A DNA stretch of 64,000 nt from Octopus vulgaris (GCA_951406725.2 OX597818.1:39804001-39868000), one strand, 5' to 3'. Numbered from the stretch's first letter, positions 39,319 through 50,858 are shown. The notes: a model not told the origin generated them from the letters alone. Numbers and translations: made by a program.

Positions 39319-39975
39319 CTACCAGCATCATTGCTGTCATTGTAATAGTTGGTGACATTGTCATCATCATTATCAGCATCATCACCATTGCTGATGCCAT
39401 TGTTGTTGTTACTAAGCTACTTTCTCCGGCGCTTCCACCAACATCATTTCTCTCATCATCATCATCATCAGTAGCATCGACAGTATGCATATGACTACCA
39501 CCATCACCATCACCATCATCATCATCATCATCATTATCATAAACATCATCATCACTATTATCATCACCATATCTGTCGTCATTATAATCATTGATGCTGC
39601 AGCCATCACTACCATCACCATCTTCATTGTCATCAACATCATAATCAGCAGCAGCAGCAGCAGTAGCATAACCACCCCCACCACCATCATCATCCTTGTT
39701 ATCATCATTGTTTTTGCTGTTGTTGTCATTGTCTTCATGATGATGATGATCATCATCATCATCATCATCATCAATAGCAGCACTACCACCACTATCTCCA
39801 CCACCAATGCAACCACCATTTCTATTATCATCAGCATCACCATTATCATCATCATTATCACTATCATCATCACCACCATCATCATCATCATCACTGTTGC
39901 CACCACCATCAATACCATAATCATCATCATCATCATCTTCATCTTCATCATCATCATCATAATCGTTGTCATCTA
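39270..39975. repeat. Degenerate (CAT)n trinucleotide tract
   Basis: Direct reading. A similar tract lies at 43120-43855. Confidence 0.95.
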
Positions 39976-40589
39976 CTATCATTGCTGTTTTAATGTTTTG
40001 CCTTCCCAGTCTAATATGTGTTAGATGTATCTACTATATCCCTTCCTATCACTAGCTGAATGATAACTAAGTTATTTTACTAAATTCTTTGTTATATTTA
40101 AAGTAATTGAAAGAAACACAGAGCATCTCAAAATAAATACAGTAACGAAAGGGTTAAGGGGATGCCTTAAATGACTGAAACAAGTAACAGAAGATACAAC
40201 CAAAACAATAGAATGGTTGCTGCAGGAATACCTTTGCTCTCATAGATCAGTTCAATTAGGGATAGCCTAAAATTAAACAACAAAAACATTCTCTGCTGCC
40301 TTTAATGTTCAGCTGCTCATCTCTTCTCTCTTATTTGTTTTCAGTGGATCATAATAATCTTTTCTACTCTAGGTACAAGGCCTGAAATTTTTCGGGAGGG
40401 GGTCAGTTGATTAGATTGACCCCAGTATGCAACTGGTGCTTAATTTATCGACCCTGAGGGATGAAATGCAAAATCGACCTCGGCGGAATTTGAACTCAGA
40501 ACACAGCAGCTGATGAAACACCACTAAACATTTCACCCAGCGTGTTAATGATTCTGCCAGCTTGCCACCTTAGTGGATTGTAATAATGA

Positions 40590-40910
40590 ACTGATTGTGT
40601 ACAGTGCTCAGGTGTACTACAACTCATCAGAAAAAGTAACTAAAACTGCATGAGCAGTATTTGGAATATGCACAGGGAGTAAACGGTAAACAGTGTAAAA
40701 GTCTTTGGGAAGTAAAAAAGGGGGAAGAAAGAAGAAATGGGGGTGAAGAGCATCAGGTATACTGTTGGCAAATTTTGGGAAGCATGGAAGTTTTGAAGGA
40801 TGTAGTGTCTCAACTGCTAATAACTGATGCAGATAGTTTATTCCATGCTTCAGCAATTCTGACTGTGAAAAAATGTTTCCAAAAGTCATGAGTACCATGT
40901 TGTTTTTTTT
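40590..40910 (-). mobile_element. CR1-group LINE 3'-end remnant
   Basis: Minus-strand peptide HDFWKHFFTVRIAEAWNKLSASVISS*DTTSFK (FFxxRxxxxWNxL motif) followed by a UTR. Confidence 0.72.
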
Positions 40911-40926
40911 ATCTTGTAAGCATTCT

Positions 40927-41155
40927 AGGTACAGGTGTGGCTGTGTGATAAGATGCTTGCTTCTCAACTATATGGTTCCAGGTTCAATCCCACTGCATGG
41001 CACCTTGGGCAAGAATCTACTGTAGTTTCAAGCTGACCAAAGCTTTGTGAGTGGATTTGGTAGGTGGAAATTGAAAGAAGCCCATTGTATACATACATAC
41101 ATACATACATATGTGTGTGTGCGTGTGTTGTGTGTATGTATATATACATATACAT

Positions 41156-41190
<35 letters not shown>

Positions 41191-41418
41191 AATATATATG
41201 ATGACTGCCCCTCGTTATTGAGTATGGCCATTGCACGAAGCTTAACTGTTATTGGTGCTGTGATCGAATGTGATTTTTTAGCCCAGCTAAAGATCTACAA
41301 TGTCTTGTACAGAATTGGCAGCTAAAACCTTTACTGGTAATAGCCGGTAACTGGGCTTCATGTACCTTTGCATGTCATTTAAGTCCTCCTGCCAAATTAC
41401 ATTCTCTTCCACACGCCT

Positions 41419-41453
<35 letters not shown>

Positions 41454-42902
41454 GCAGCCCCAAACTTCTGCTCTTTCATTCATTCATTCATCTAACAGAT
41501 AAGTTGAATGCTTATTTATTATTTCACTTCCCCATCAATCATACATGCTTTCTTATCTATCTAACTATTTTTAACTAATTTCTATATCTATCTAATTATT
41601 TTAACTAATTTATCCATTACCCATCTCGCCTCTCGTGTATTCATCAACCATCGTGTATTCGCGCCTTCTTCCTCCAGACAATCTTTATTTAAAAAAAAAA
41701 ACGCAGCCCCAAACTTCTGCTCTTTCATTCATTCATTCATCTAACAGATAAGTTGAATGCTTATTTATTATTTCACTTCCCCATCAATCATACATGCTTT
41801 CTTATCTATCTAACTATTTTTAACTAATTTCTATATCTATCTAATTATTTTAACTAATTTATCCATTACCCATCTCGCTTCTCGTGTATTCATCAACCAT
41901 CGTGTATTCTCGCCTTCTTCCTCCGGACAATCTTTATTTAAAAAAAAAAACGCAGCCCCAAACTTCTGCTCTTTCATTCATTCATTCATCTAACAGATAA
42001 GTTGAATGCTTATTTATTATTTCACTTCCCCATCAATCATACATGCTTTCTTATCTATCTAACTATTTTTAACTAATTTCTATATCTATCTAATTATTTT
42101 AACTAATTTATCCATTACCCATCTCGCCTCTCGTGTATTCATCAACCATCGTGTATTCGCGGTGCACCCGTCCTGCCCACCCCCACCACCAATACTGGAT
42201 ATCTCTATATTTTTGCTCCATCCATACCGGATGTCGCTTCTCCCACCACCATAATAGGTGTCTACTCTTCGAAACCCCCCTCCTCAATACGCTATTTCGC
42301 CATGCATTACCCCTCTCTTGATATCCTACGTTCTACTTGCCTAGAACCTGTCATCATTTCTCTGAACCACCCCTCCCCACTGGTGCTCCCCTATATTTCT
42401 GCACCCCGCCCCACATAAAAAAAGCACCATCCAAACGTGGCCGATGCCAGACCCCTCTGGCACCTGTGCAGGTGGCACGTAAAAAACACCCACTACACTC
42501 GCGGAGTGGTTGGCGTTAGGAAGGGCATCCAGCTGTAGAAACTCTGCCAGACTAGACTGGAGCCTGGGGCAGTCCCTTGCTCCCCAGACCCCGGTCGAAA
42601 CCGTCCAACCCGTGCTAGCGCGGAAAACGGACGTTAAACGATGATGATGATGATGATGATGATACACACACGTATATATGTGTGTGTGTCTTTGTGTCTG
42701 TGTTTGTCCCCACCAACACTGCCTGACAACCAGTGTTGGTGTGTTTACATCACCATAACTTAGCAGTTCAGACAAAGAGTCTGATAGAATAAGTACCAAG
42801 CTTAAAAAATAAGTCTTGGGGGTCAATTCCTTTGACAAAAAAACCTTTTAAGGCGATGCTCCAGCATGGCTGCAGTCAAATGACTGAAACAAGTAAAAGA
42901 AT
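40927..42902 (+). mobile_element. SINE family A split by a ~1.5-kb composite insertion
   Basis: Head at 40927-41090 and tail at 42665-42902, separated by unique sequence, a 249-bp tandem array and an RTE tail (42400-42663). Confidence 0.65.
41452..42161. repeat. Tandem array of a 249-bp unit (~2.85 copies, nearly identical) ending in an A-run
   Basis: Units start at 41452, 41701 and 41950 with ACGCAGCCCCAAACTTCTGCTC; the first two end in CAATCTTTATTT(A)n. Confidence 0.95.
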
Positions 42903-43142
42903 GTCCACCTGTGTTAGACATAGGTGTGTCCAAGGTTGTTGTTGGAAAGATGGTGGATGATCTTGTGGGTGTCTACCAGGTCAGTTGCCAGATATCAGAG
43001 CTTTAATGTGTCTGTGCTCAGGTAAGCAAGACGTTATGCATCCGATATCTTATGCTCCTCATATTTCTCTTCAGCCATCAAACAAAAAAATACACAAAAT
43101 AAAGGTTTACTTATTGCTGTCATTGTCATCACCATCATCACT

Positions 43143-43182
<40 letters not shown>

Positions 43183-43230
43183 CTATCATCACCATCCACC
43201 TCCTCATCATCATCATCGTCATCATCATTG

Positions 43231-43282
<52 letters not shown>

Positions 43283-44131
43283 TGTCATCGTCGTCGTCAT
43301 CATCATCATCACCACCACCATCATCATCATCATCTTCGTCATCATCATCGTCGTCATCATTGTCGTCGTCATCATTGTCATCATCATCGTCGTTACCACC
43401 ATTGCCACTCCAGCCATGGATGACATCAACACAGCTGCTGATGCTGCTACTGCTGCCACTACCACTACCATTGCCACTACCATCAACATCATCCTCATCG
43501 TCATCATCATCACCACCACCACCACCACCACCACCATCACCACTATCATCATTATTATTACTATCATCACCACCCCCAACTACTCACACTATCACACCCC
43601 TCCACCACGACCACAACTATCATACCCCACCACCACTATTACCCCATCTTACCACCACCACCACCACCACCATCACCACCACCACTACCATCATCATCAT
43701 CATCATCACCGCTACCTCCACAACCAAACACCTCCTAAACTACCACCACAATCTTCATCATCATCTGTTTTATTATTACCCACTAGGGGCGAACTTCATC
43801 ATCATCATCACCCTGCCACCATCATCACTATCACAGCCATCGTCATCATCATTATTTTAATCCCTATTTTTCTTATGCTTCATTGATGTGCAATCATTTA
43901 CTTAATAATGTCTCTCGACACTCATTAACCTGTTGCTTGGACGAATGCTCAGAGATAAAAAAAAAAAACCCCGTTGCACGATTGATCTTGTTTTCATGTC
44001 AGTTGGTGGGATTTGCCCTGAAAAATCTAGCTTTGTTCATGGTGTATGTACTGATAACATTGAACATCACCCTCAAAGAAACTCTGCTGGCTCAGCAATC
44101 TTCCACAAGATGAATAAGTGGCCACATCGCT

Positions 44132-44298
44132 GCAGGAGTGGCTGTGTGGGTAAGTAGCTTGCATACCAACCACATGGTTCCAGGTTCAATACCACTGCGT
44201 GGCACTTTGGGCAAGTGTCTTCTACTATAGCCTCGGGCCGACCAATGCCTTGTGAGTGGATTTGGTAGACGGTAACTGAAAGAAGTCCGTCGTATATA
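44132..44298 (+). mobile_element. SINE family A 5' half (interrupted by the RTE)
   Basis: A/B-box head through GAAAGAAGTCCGTCGTATATAT; the element resumes at 47036. Confidence 0.9.
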
Positions 44299-44466
44299 TC
44301 ATCATCATCATCATCATCATTTAGCGTCCGTTCTCCATGCTAGCATGGGTTGGACGGTTCAACTGGGGTCTGTGAAGCTGGAAGGCTTCATCAGGCCCAG
44401 TCAGATCTGGCAGTGTTTCTACGGCTGGATGCCCTTCCTAACGCCAACCACTCCGTGAGTGTAGTG

Positions 44467-45175
44467 GGTGCTTTTACGTGCCACCTGCACAGGTGCCAGA
44501 CAGAGCTGGCAAACGGCCACGAACGGATGGTGCTTTTACGTGTCACCGGCACGGGGCCAGGCGAGGCTGGCAACGGACATGAACGGATGGTGCTTTTACG
44601 TGCCACCAACACGGGGGCCAGACAGAGCTGGCAAACGGCCACGAAACGGATGGTGCTTTTACGTGTCACTGGCACGGGGGCCAGGCGAGGCTGGCAACGG
44701 GCACGAACGGATGGTGCTTTTACATGCCACCGACATGGGGGCCAGACAGGGCTGGCAAACGGCCACGAACGGATGGTGCTTTTACGTGTCACCGGCACGG
44801 GGGCCAGGCGAGGCTGGCAACGGACACGAACGGATGGTGCTTTTACATGTCACCGACATGGGGGCCAGACAGGGCTGGCAAACGGCCACGAACGGATGGT
44901 GCTTTTACGTGTCACCGGCACGGGGGCCAGACAGAGCTGGCAAACGGCCACGAACGGATGGTGCTTTTACGTGTCACCGGCACGGGGGCCAGACAGAGCT
45001 GGCAAACGGCCACAAACGGATGGTACTTTTACGTGTCACCGGCACGGGGGCCAGGCCAGGCTGGCAACGAACATAAACGGATGGTGCTTTTACGTGCCAC
45101 CTACACGGGGGCCAGACAGGGCTGGCGAACGGCTACGAACGGATGGTACTTTTACGTGTCACCTGCACGGGGGCC
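44467..45175. repeat. ~12 tandem units of ~61 bp in the RTE 3' UTR
   Basis: Unit CGGATGGTGCTTTTACGTGTCACCGGCACGGGGGCCAG-N5/6-CTGGCAA(A)CGGCCACGAA, with two alternating variants. Confidence 0.95.
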
Positions 45176-45223
45176 CTGATGTTGATCGACCTCAATTTGG
45201 TTTGATCTTGATTTTGACTGTTC

Positions 45224-47032
45224 TCACTGGTCTTGCCGGGTTTTCTCACGCACAGCATACATCCAAAGGTCTCGGTCACTGGTCATTTCCTTGGTGAGAC
45301 CTAAAGTTCGAAGGTCGTGCTTCACCGCCTCGACCCAGGTTTTCCTGGGTCTACCTCTTCCACAGGTCCCCTCAACTGCCAGGGTGTGGCACTTTCGCAC
45401 ACAACTATCTTCAGCCATTCTCATCACATGACCATACCAGCGCATACGTCTCTCTTGCACACAACAACTGATACTTCTTAGGTTCAACTTTTCTCTCAAG
45501 GTACTTATACTCTGTCGATTATGAACACTGACGTTACACATCCATCGGAGCATACTAGCTTCATTTCTTGCGAGCTTACGCAAATCCTCAGCAGTCACAC
45601 CCCAAGTTTCACTACCATGTAGCATGGCTGTACGTACACATGCATCATACAGTCTGCCTTTTACTTTGAGCGAGAGGCCTTTTGTCACCAGCAGAGGTAA
45701 GAGCTCTCTAAACTTTGCCCAGGCTATTCTTACTCTAGCAGTTATACTCTCAGCGCACCCGCCCCCGCTACTGACTTGGTCACCTAGGTAACGGAAACTA
45801 TCAACTACTTCTAGCTTTTCTCCCTGGAAAGTGACGGAAGTTGGTCTCAGAGCATTTTCAGTGTTAATTGTTCCTGAGCATCTGCCACATACAAAAACCA
45901 TCTTCCTAGTTAGCCTTCCTTTGACATTGCTGCACCTCTTATGTGTCCATAGCTTACACTTGGTGCATCTTATAGAGTTTCTACCTACACCTTTTCTACA
46001 GATCGAGCAGGGCCATCTACCTGAAGGCGTTTGTGATTGGTCTACCTTCCTACTTATTATTAGGACTTTGGTTTTGGCTAGGTTGATTCTAAGGCCCTTC
46101 GATTCTAAACCTTGTTTCCATACCTGAAACTTCTCCTCTAGTTCTGATAGAGACTCAGCAATTAGAGCAAGGTCATCAGCATAGAGGAGCTCCCAGGGGC
46201 ATCCTGTCTTGAATTCCTCCGTTATTGCCTGGAGGACTATGATAAATAGGAGGGGACTGAGGACTGAACCTTGGTGGACCCCAACCTCTACCCTGAATTC
46301 TTCACTGTACTCGGTGCCAACCCTCACCTTACTAGCAGCGTCTCTGTACATGGCTTGTACAGCTTTCACTAACCATTCATCTATCCCTAGTTTCCTCATT
46401 GACCACCAGATGAGGGATCGGGGGACCCTGTCGAAGGCTTTCTCCATATCAACAAAAGCCAGGTATAGGGGCTTGTCTTTGGCTAGGTATTTCTCTTGCA
46501 GCTGTCTTACCATGAAAATAGCATCAGTAGTACTTTTCCCTGGCACGAACCCAAACTGCATCTGGTCTAGGCTAACTCTCTCTCTAATTAGTTGGGCTAT
46601 AACCCTCTCCGTAACCTTCATTACCTGATCCAGCAGCTTGATACCCCTGTAGCTATTTGTATCTAGGGCGTCACCTTTACCTTTGTAGCAGCTGACTATT
46701 ATGCTGCTACACCAGTCATTGGGAATGACTCCTTCGTGTATCACCTGGTTAACTATACGGGTGACTAGGCTATAGCCGACACTACCAGATATTTTGAGCA
46801 TCTCTGCAGTAATTCCTGATGGGCCTGGGGCTTTCCCTGTTTTCATGCTTTTAATTGCCTTATCTACTAAGGAACTGTCAACTCGGATTGCTGGTCCCTC
46901 TGTTGGGTCAACATTCGGCAGACTCTCTTTATCCCATTCATTTTCCTCATTCAGCACCCTTTCATAGTGGCTTCTCCAAACCTCTCTCTTTGCATCCTCA
47001 TTTAGCGCAAGTGAGCCGTCATCCGTGCGAAC
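45224..47032 (-). CDS. RTE-clade reverse transcriptase (partial ORF, N-terminus missing) with PHD-like zinc finger
   Basis: Motifs KAPGPSG, YKGKGD..NSYRGIKLL, QFGFVPGKST, FVDMEKAFDRV, GVHQGSVLSPLLF, LLYADDL, FRYLG and RGRPRKTW; no stops over ~600 codons. Confidence 0.95.
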   Translation of the reverse strand, partial: VRTDDGSLALNEDAKREVWRSHYERVLNEENEWDKESLPNVDPTEGPAIRVDSSLVDKAIKSMKTGKAPGPSGITAEMLKISGSVGYSLVTRIVNQVIHEGVIPNDWCSSIIVSCYKGKGDALDTNSYRGIKLLDQVMKVTERVIAQLIRERVSLDQMQFGFVPGKSTTDAIFMVRQLQEKYLAKDKPLYLAFVDMEKAFDRVPRSLIWWSMRKLGIDEWLVKAVQAMYRDAASKVRVGTEYSEEFRVEVGVHQGSVLSPLLFIIVLQAITEEFKTGCPWELLYADDLALIAESLSELEEKFQVWKQGLESKGLRINLAKTKVLIISRKVDQSQTPSGRWPCSICRKGVGRNSIRCTKCKLWTHKRCSNVKGRLTRKMVFVCGRCSGTINTENALRPTSVTFQGEKLEVVDSFRYLGDQVSSGGGCAESITARVRIAWAKFRELLPLLVTKGLSLKVKGRLYDACVRTAMLHGSETWGVTAEDLRKLARNEASMLRWMCNVSVHNRQSISTLREKLNLRSISCCVQERRMRWYGHVMRMAEDSCVRKCHTLAVEGTCGRGRPRKTWVEAVKHDLRTLGLTKEMTSDRDLWMYAVREKTRQDQ

Positions 47033-47035
47033 ACA

Positions 47036-47260
47036 TGTATATGTATAAATATATGTGTGTGTGTTTGTCCCCCCAACATTGCTTGACAACCGATGCTGGT
47101 GTGTTTAGGTCCCCGTAACTTAGTGGTTCACCAAAAGAGACCGATAGAATAAGTACTAGGCTTACAAAGAATAAGTCCTGGGGTCGATTTGCTCGACTAA
47201 AGGCGGTGCTCCAGCATGGCCATAGTCAAATGACTGAAACAAATAAAAGAATAAAAGAAT
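47036..47260 (+). mobile_element. SINE family A 3' half
   Basis: Microsatellite, then TGTTTGTCCCCCCAACATTGCTTGACAACCGATGC...TGACTGAAACAAATAAAAGA. Confidence 0.9.
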
Positions 47261-47569
47261 GTGTTGAGGAAGGATGAAGAGCATGTTCTGAGGAGGGTGA
47301 TTGCTTTTGAAGTAATTGGAGCGCGAAAGTGAGGTAGACCAAGGAAAAGGTGGGTGGGAGGGTACAGGTGGAAGAAGAGATTGGGCAGGTTGGTTTGAAA
47401 AAGGAGGATGCCTAAAACCCAGCAAAATAGCGAGATGGTGTGAGGGTGGTTGCTATGACACTGAGATAGATCTGGCTACCCCTGTTAACCTCTGCCAAGA
47501 AGACAAAGTGTGTTGAAATCTATTTTATTACACAGCTATCAAATAAGAAGAATTATAAACTCACTGGTG

Positions 47570-47920
47570 AAGGTGCATGGCTCAATGGTTAGTGTGTCAG
47601 GCTTACAATCATGAGGTAGTGAGTTCAATTCCCAGGCTGGGCTGTGTGTTGTGTTTTTGAGCAGGACACTTTATTTCACATTGCTCCAGTTCACTCAGCT
47701 GTAGAAATGTAGAAATGAGTTGCGACATCACTGGTGGCAACCTGTATCGGCCTTTGCCTTTTCCTTGGATAACATTGGTGGTGAGAAGAGGGGAAGCTGG
47801 TATGCATGGACAATTGCAGGTCTTCCATGAACAACTTTGCCTGGACTTGTGCCTCAGCGAAGAACTTTCTAAGCACAATCCCTTGGTAATTTGGTAAAGA
47901 TCAAAGGGGGTCTTTACCCT
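47570..47920 (+). mobile_element. SINE family C
   Basis: Aligns with 21896-22220. Confidence 0.85.
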
Positions 47921-48129
47921 TTATCTTTTAAACTCTTTGAGTCCTTTGGCCATGCATGCATGCACACACACACATACCTATACAACAACATATGCACACA
48001 CAGACACACACTAATATGCACACAGTCATACACATAAAGCTGTAACAATGATCAGCATTGATGTAAAAGTGGGTGCAAGAATGATGGTATTAAACGATGG
48101 ATTAAATGATGGTATTAAATGAGTTATGG

Positions 48130-49120
48130 AAATAGATATACGAACATTAAGGGAAGTCAACCAAAATACGAAACCAGACTTAAAAATACTCCCATACATC
48201 TCCACACATAACCCTAGAAACAACGAAGTCTTCAACATTATCATCCAAAATCTTCCCATCTTCACAGGAGATTAAACAATGAACAAAATTTTAAGCTCAC
48301 ACAAAATTATCAAGAGCAAAATGCAACCTAAATCATTGAAAAAAATATTAACCAGCGCAAGACTATATCCATTAACAACAGAACCAAAAGTGAATAAAAT
48401 GTGGTCGACCTAACTGTGGTACATGCCCCCACTTTTTGGAGGGTTCAGAATTCCACTTTAAACAAGGTGAAATATTTAAGATCAAATCAAATTTCACCTG
48501 TGCCTCGGAAAATCTAATCTATGCCATTACATGCTTAGGGTGTGGTAATAATTATATTGGCCATACAGGAATATCGCTCCATCGAAGAACCACTCTCCAC
48601 AAAGAACAAATCTGCCACCCACAATACAGACAGATACAGGTTAGTGAATACAGAAAGGTGTGCTAGGAATCTTAATCCTAATATCCTAATTTTCCCCTTC
48701 TACCAATGTTCACAGAACACCTCAGTACAACAAAGAATGAATAAAGAGGCAACTTTCATCAATAAATATCTTCCACAACTCAATATGAACTCATAAAATA
48801 ATACAGAACACTACTAACCTTTCAATTAATACCACTAACCCCCATACATACCATACACCATTCACATTACATATCTATATTTACCCTAATTGCACCAAAT
48901 CCAGAACTTCTTTCCTCCCTTAAACATAATCATTTTACTCAGGGACTAGTAGACCTGACACTGTTCATTAATCGGTGTGCATTCAAAGCAATGATAAGTA
49001 AATTCACAAAACCGGTATGCTTTTGAATCTCTTTAACAATTCACAATAATGTCTTTTATTACTTTTTATCCTACCTCAGTTCATCTAATTGTATATATCT
49101 ATCGTTACTTTTCATAAAAA
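48130..49120 (+). mobile_element. Penelope-like element 3' remnant (Cys-rich linker plus GIY-YIG endonuclease, Neptune-like) with 3' UTR
   Basis: LPYISTHNPRN, KCGRPNCGTCPH and FTCASENLIYAITCLGCGNNYIGHTGISLHRRTTLH, with frameshifts. A decayed hammerhead lies at 48981-49029. Confidence 0.85.
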
Positions 49121-49269
49121 GCCTTTACTTTTTTTGATTTCCAATGTGCATTTTCGATTATTATTCTTCTTACTCTCCCCTTACATTTCCATGTGTAGCT
49201 TCTATTTTCTTTTTGTAACATATTTATATATATATATATTGTCCGAAAAATATAATATTAAATATCCAT

Positions 49270-50075
49270 CACCGCTGATCTTACCAATCGGTTTCACATA
49301 AGGAATACAATGGAGTATTAGGTAACAATCCGATTATATAACTTAACACGCATCAGAGTTAGCTGATATGGAAGGGAATATTGCGATTGCTACCTATTGT
49401 TAGAGGTGGATTAGCACAACCAATCAGTGGCTGCTGTGAAAAAAGGTAGTGGAACAAAAAAAGAGGCCAGGGTATTAGGTTAGGAGTTATGTCCCTTGGT
49501 TGGGTATGCTGTGAAACCGGCAAGAGTTATCTTGAAGTGGGGATAGTGTGTATTATTAACACGGTGTTCCTGTGTGGATGGCTGTGTGATATGTGTAGTG
49601 GAGTCATATGCATATTTTTTTTCTGGGTGTGTAGATATATATAGCACTGTATTTGTTAGTCTGCTTTCTTTCTGTAAAGGATAAATTCATGGGGTTTGTT
49701 AGTGTGATGTGTGTATAATGTATAATGTGTGTCTGTGGTGGGGGTCTGTGTATGTGTGGGGGTACAATTTGTGTGCAGGGGTATGTGTTGGGGTGGAGGC
49801 AGACAGTCTATTTTGTGGGGTGCCCACCTTATAGGGGTGCGCATGTGGGTATGTAGGTGCATTGGTGTATGCTTTGGTCAAACTCTTTTTGCTGAGCCTG
49901 AGGGCATTGGTGGAAGGTCATTGGCAGAGGGTCAAGGACCAAGGCAAGGAACCTGTGGTTGCAGTCATGGTGAGGTATGCAGGTACAATAGGATGTACTT
50001 CCTTTCATGTGGGCAAGAATCAAACACCTCACTTCTGCTATTAAAATAGACATCCGGGTGTTGGGAACCATTTAA
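49270..50075 (-). mobile_element. Second PLE (Naiad-like) 3' end with hammerhead-like motif at 49274-49363
   Basis: Minus-strand C-terminal peptide FNSRSEVFDSCPHERKYIL at ~49990-50046. The UTR is shared with 8545-8815 and 14090-14370, and reads CTGATG...GAAACCGATTGGTA. Confidence 0.7.
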
Positions 50076-50084
50076 AATTGCTCT

Positions 50085-50321
50085 CTTCTCAACGTAGCAA
50101 TGGGTGCTTTTGACAGTGCAGATGTATGTAATCTAGTCAGTCTCTTCATCCTAGATATACTAAAAACGAAATTCCCTTAAACTAGCTTTGGCCTCTACAG
50201 GGACAACATGCTGACAATATCAAGAGGCACTAGTAGTCACATGCTAGACAGGCTCAGAAAGAGCTTCACTAACACCATGAACTCCCTTGGACTGAAGCTC
50301 ACTATAGAGACCAACCTGAAA
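50085..50321 (+). mobile_element. PLE reverse transcriptase fragment, inverted relative to the adjacent 3' end
   Basis: LNVAMGAFDSADVCNLVSLFILDIL...FGLYRDNML...LGLKLTIETNLK resembles the MGSxDGAEVCELVGL...GLYRDDGL PLE RT motifs. Confidence 0.8.
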
Positions 50322-50847
50322 TCGTTGGGACTGGGAAGGGATTATCCATTACGAATTGCTAGAATGGAATGAAACGGTCAACGCAGAACTCTATGTTCAA
50401 CAGATGGAACAGCTCAACATGGCTATTCAAGAGAAAAGACCTAATTGTCAGCATGGAGTTCTTCTGCTGCATGGCAACGCCTGCCTTCATATCGCCAATA
50501 TGACCAAGGAAGCCATTCAAACACATGGCTGGGAAGTGCTGCCACACTCGCCGTACTCTCCTGATTTGGCACCAACGGATTTCCACCTCTTTTGATCTCT
50601 TTCAAATGCCATGTGTGGAGTTTCATTCAATACTGATACAGAATTGAGAGCTTGGTTGAATCAATTTTGCAAGTCAAAATCAGGTGATTTCTACCAATGA
50701 GGTATTGAAAATCTTGTTGAACGTTGGGAAGAAGTTGTAAACAACAAGGGTGAATACATTATTGTTTAATTAGTTGTTATTTTTTATTAAATCTTTTATA
50801 AAATTTAAATTTTTTTAAAATGGCAGGATCTTAGTTGCCAACCTATT
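50322..50847 (+). mobile_element. Mariner transposase C-terminal half (pseudogene) with right TIR
   Basis: WDWEGIIHYELL...LLLHGNA...WEVLPHSPYSPDLAPTDFHLF*...LVERWEEVVNNKGEYI (YSPDLAP motif). Confidence 0.92.
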
Positions 50848-50858
50848 ATATATATAAA

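Larger units (their letters stand above)
44299..47032 (-). mobile_element. Young 5'-truncated RTE-clade LINE (~2.7 kb)
   Basis: Uninterrupted RT ORF, ~920-bp 3' UTR and (TGA)n tail at 44299-44320; the endonuclease domain is absent. Confidence 0.95.

Noticed and set aside
39275-43886. Poly-Asp/Met/Ile/Ser ORFs
   Set aside because: (CAT)n tracts are open in several frames on both strands and show no domain or splice evidence.
44350-45297. 315-aa repetitive ORF, or a CRISPR-like array
   Set aside because: This is an antisense reading of the RTE 3' UTR tandem repeat. The variable parts are 5-6 nt loops, not unique spacers; there are no cas genes and the context is eukaryotic.
47033-47089. N-terminus MSSNVGGTNTHTY of the 621-aa ORF as a real start
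   Set aside because: It begins at a TTG inside the antisense SINE half and is a chance in-frame extension across the truncation junction.
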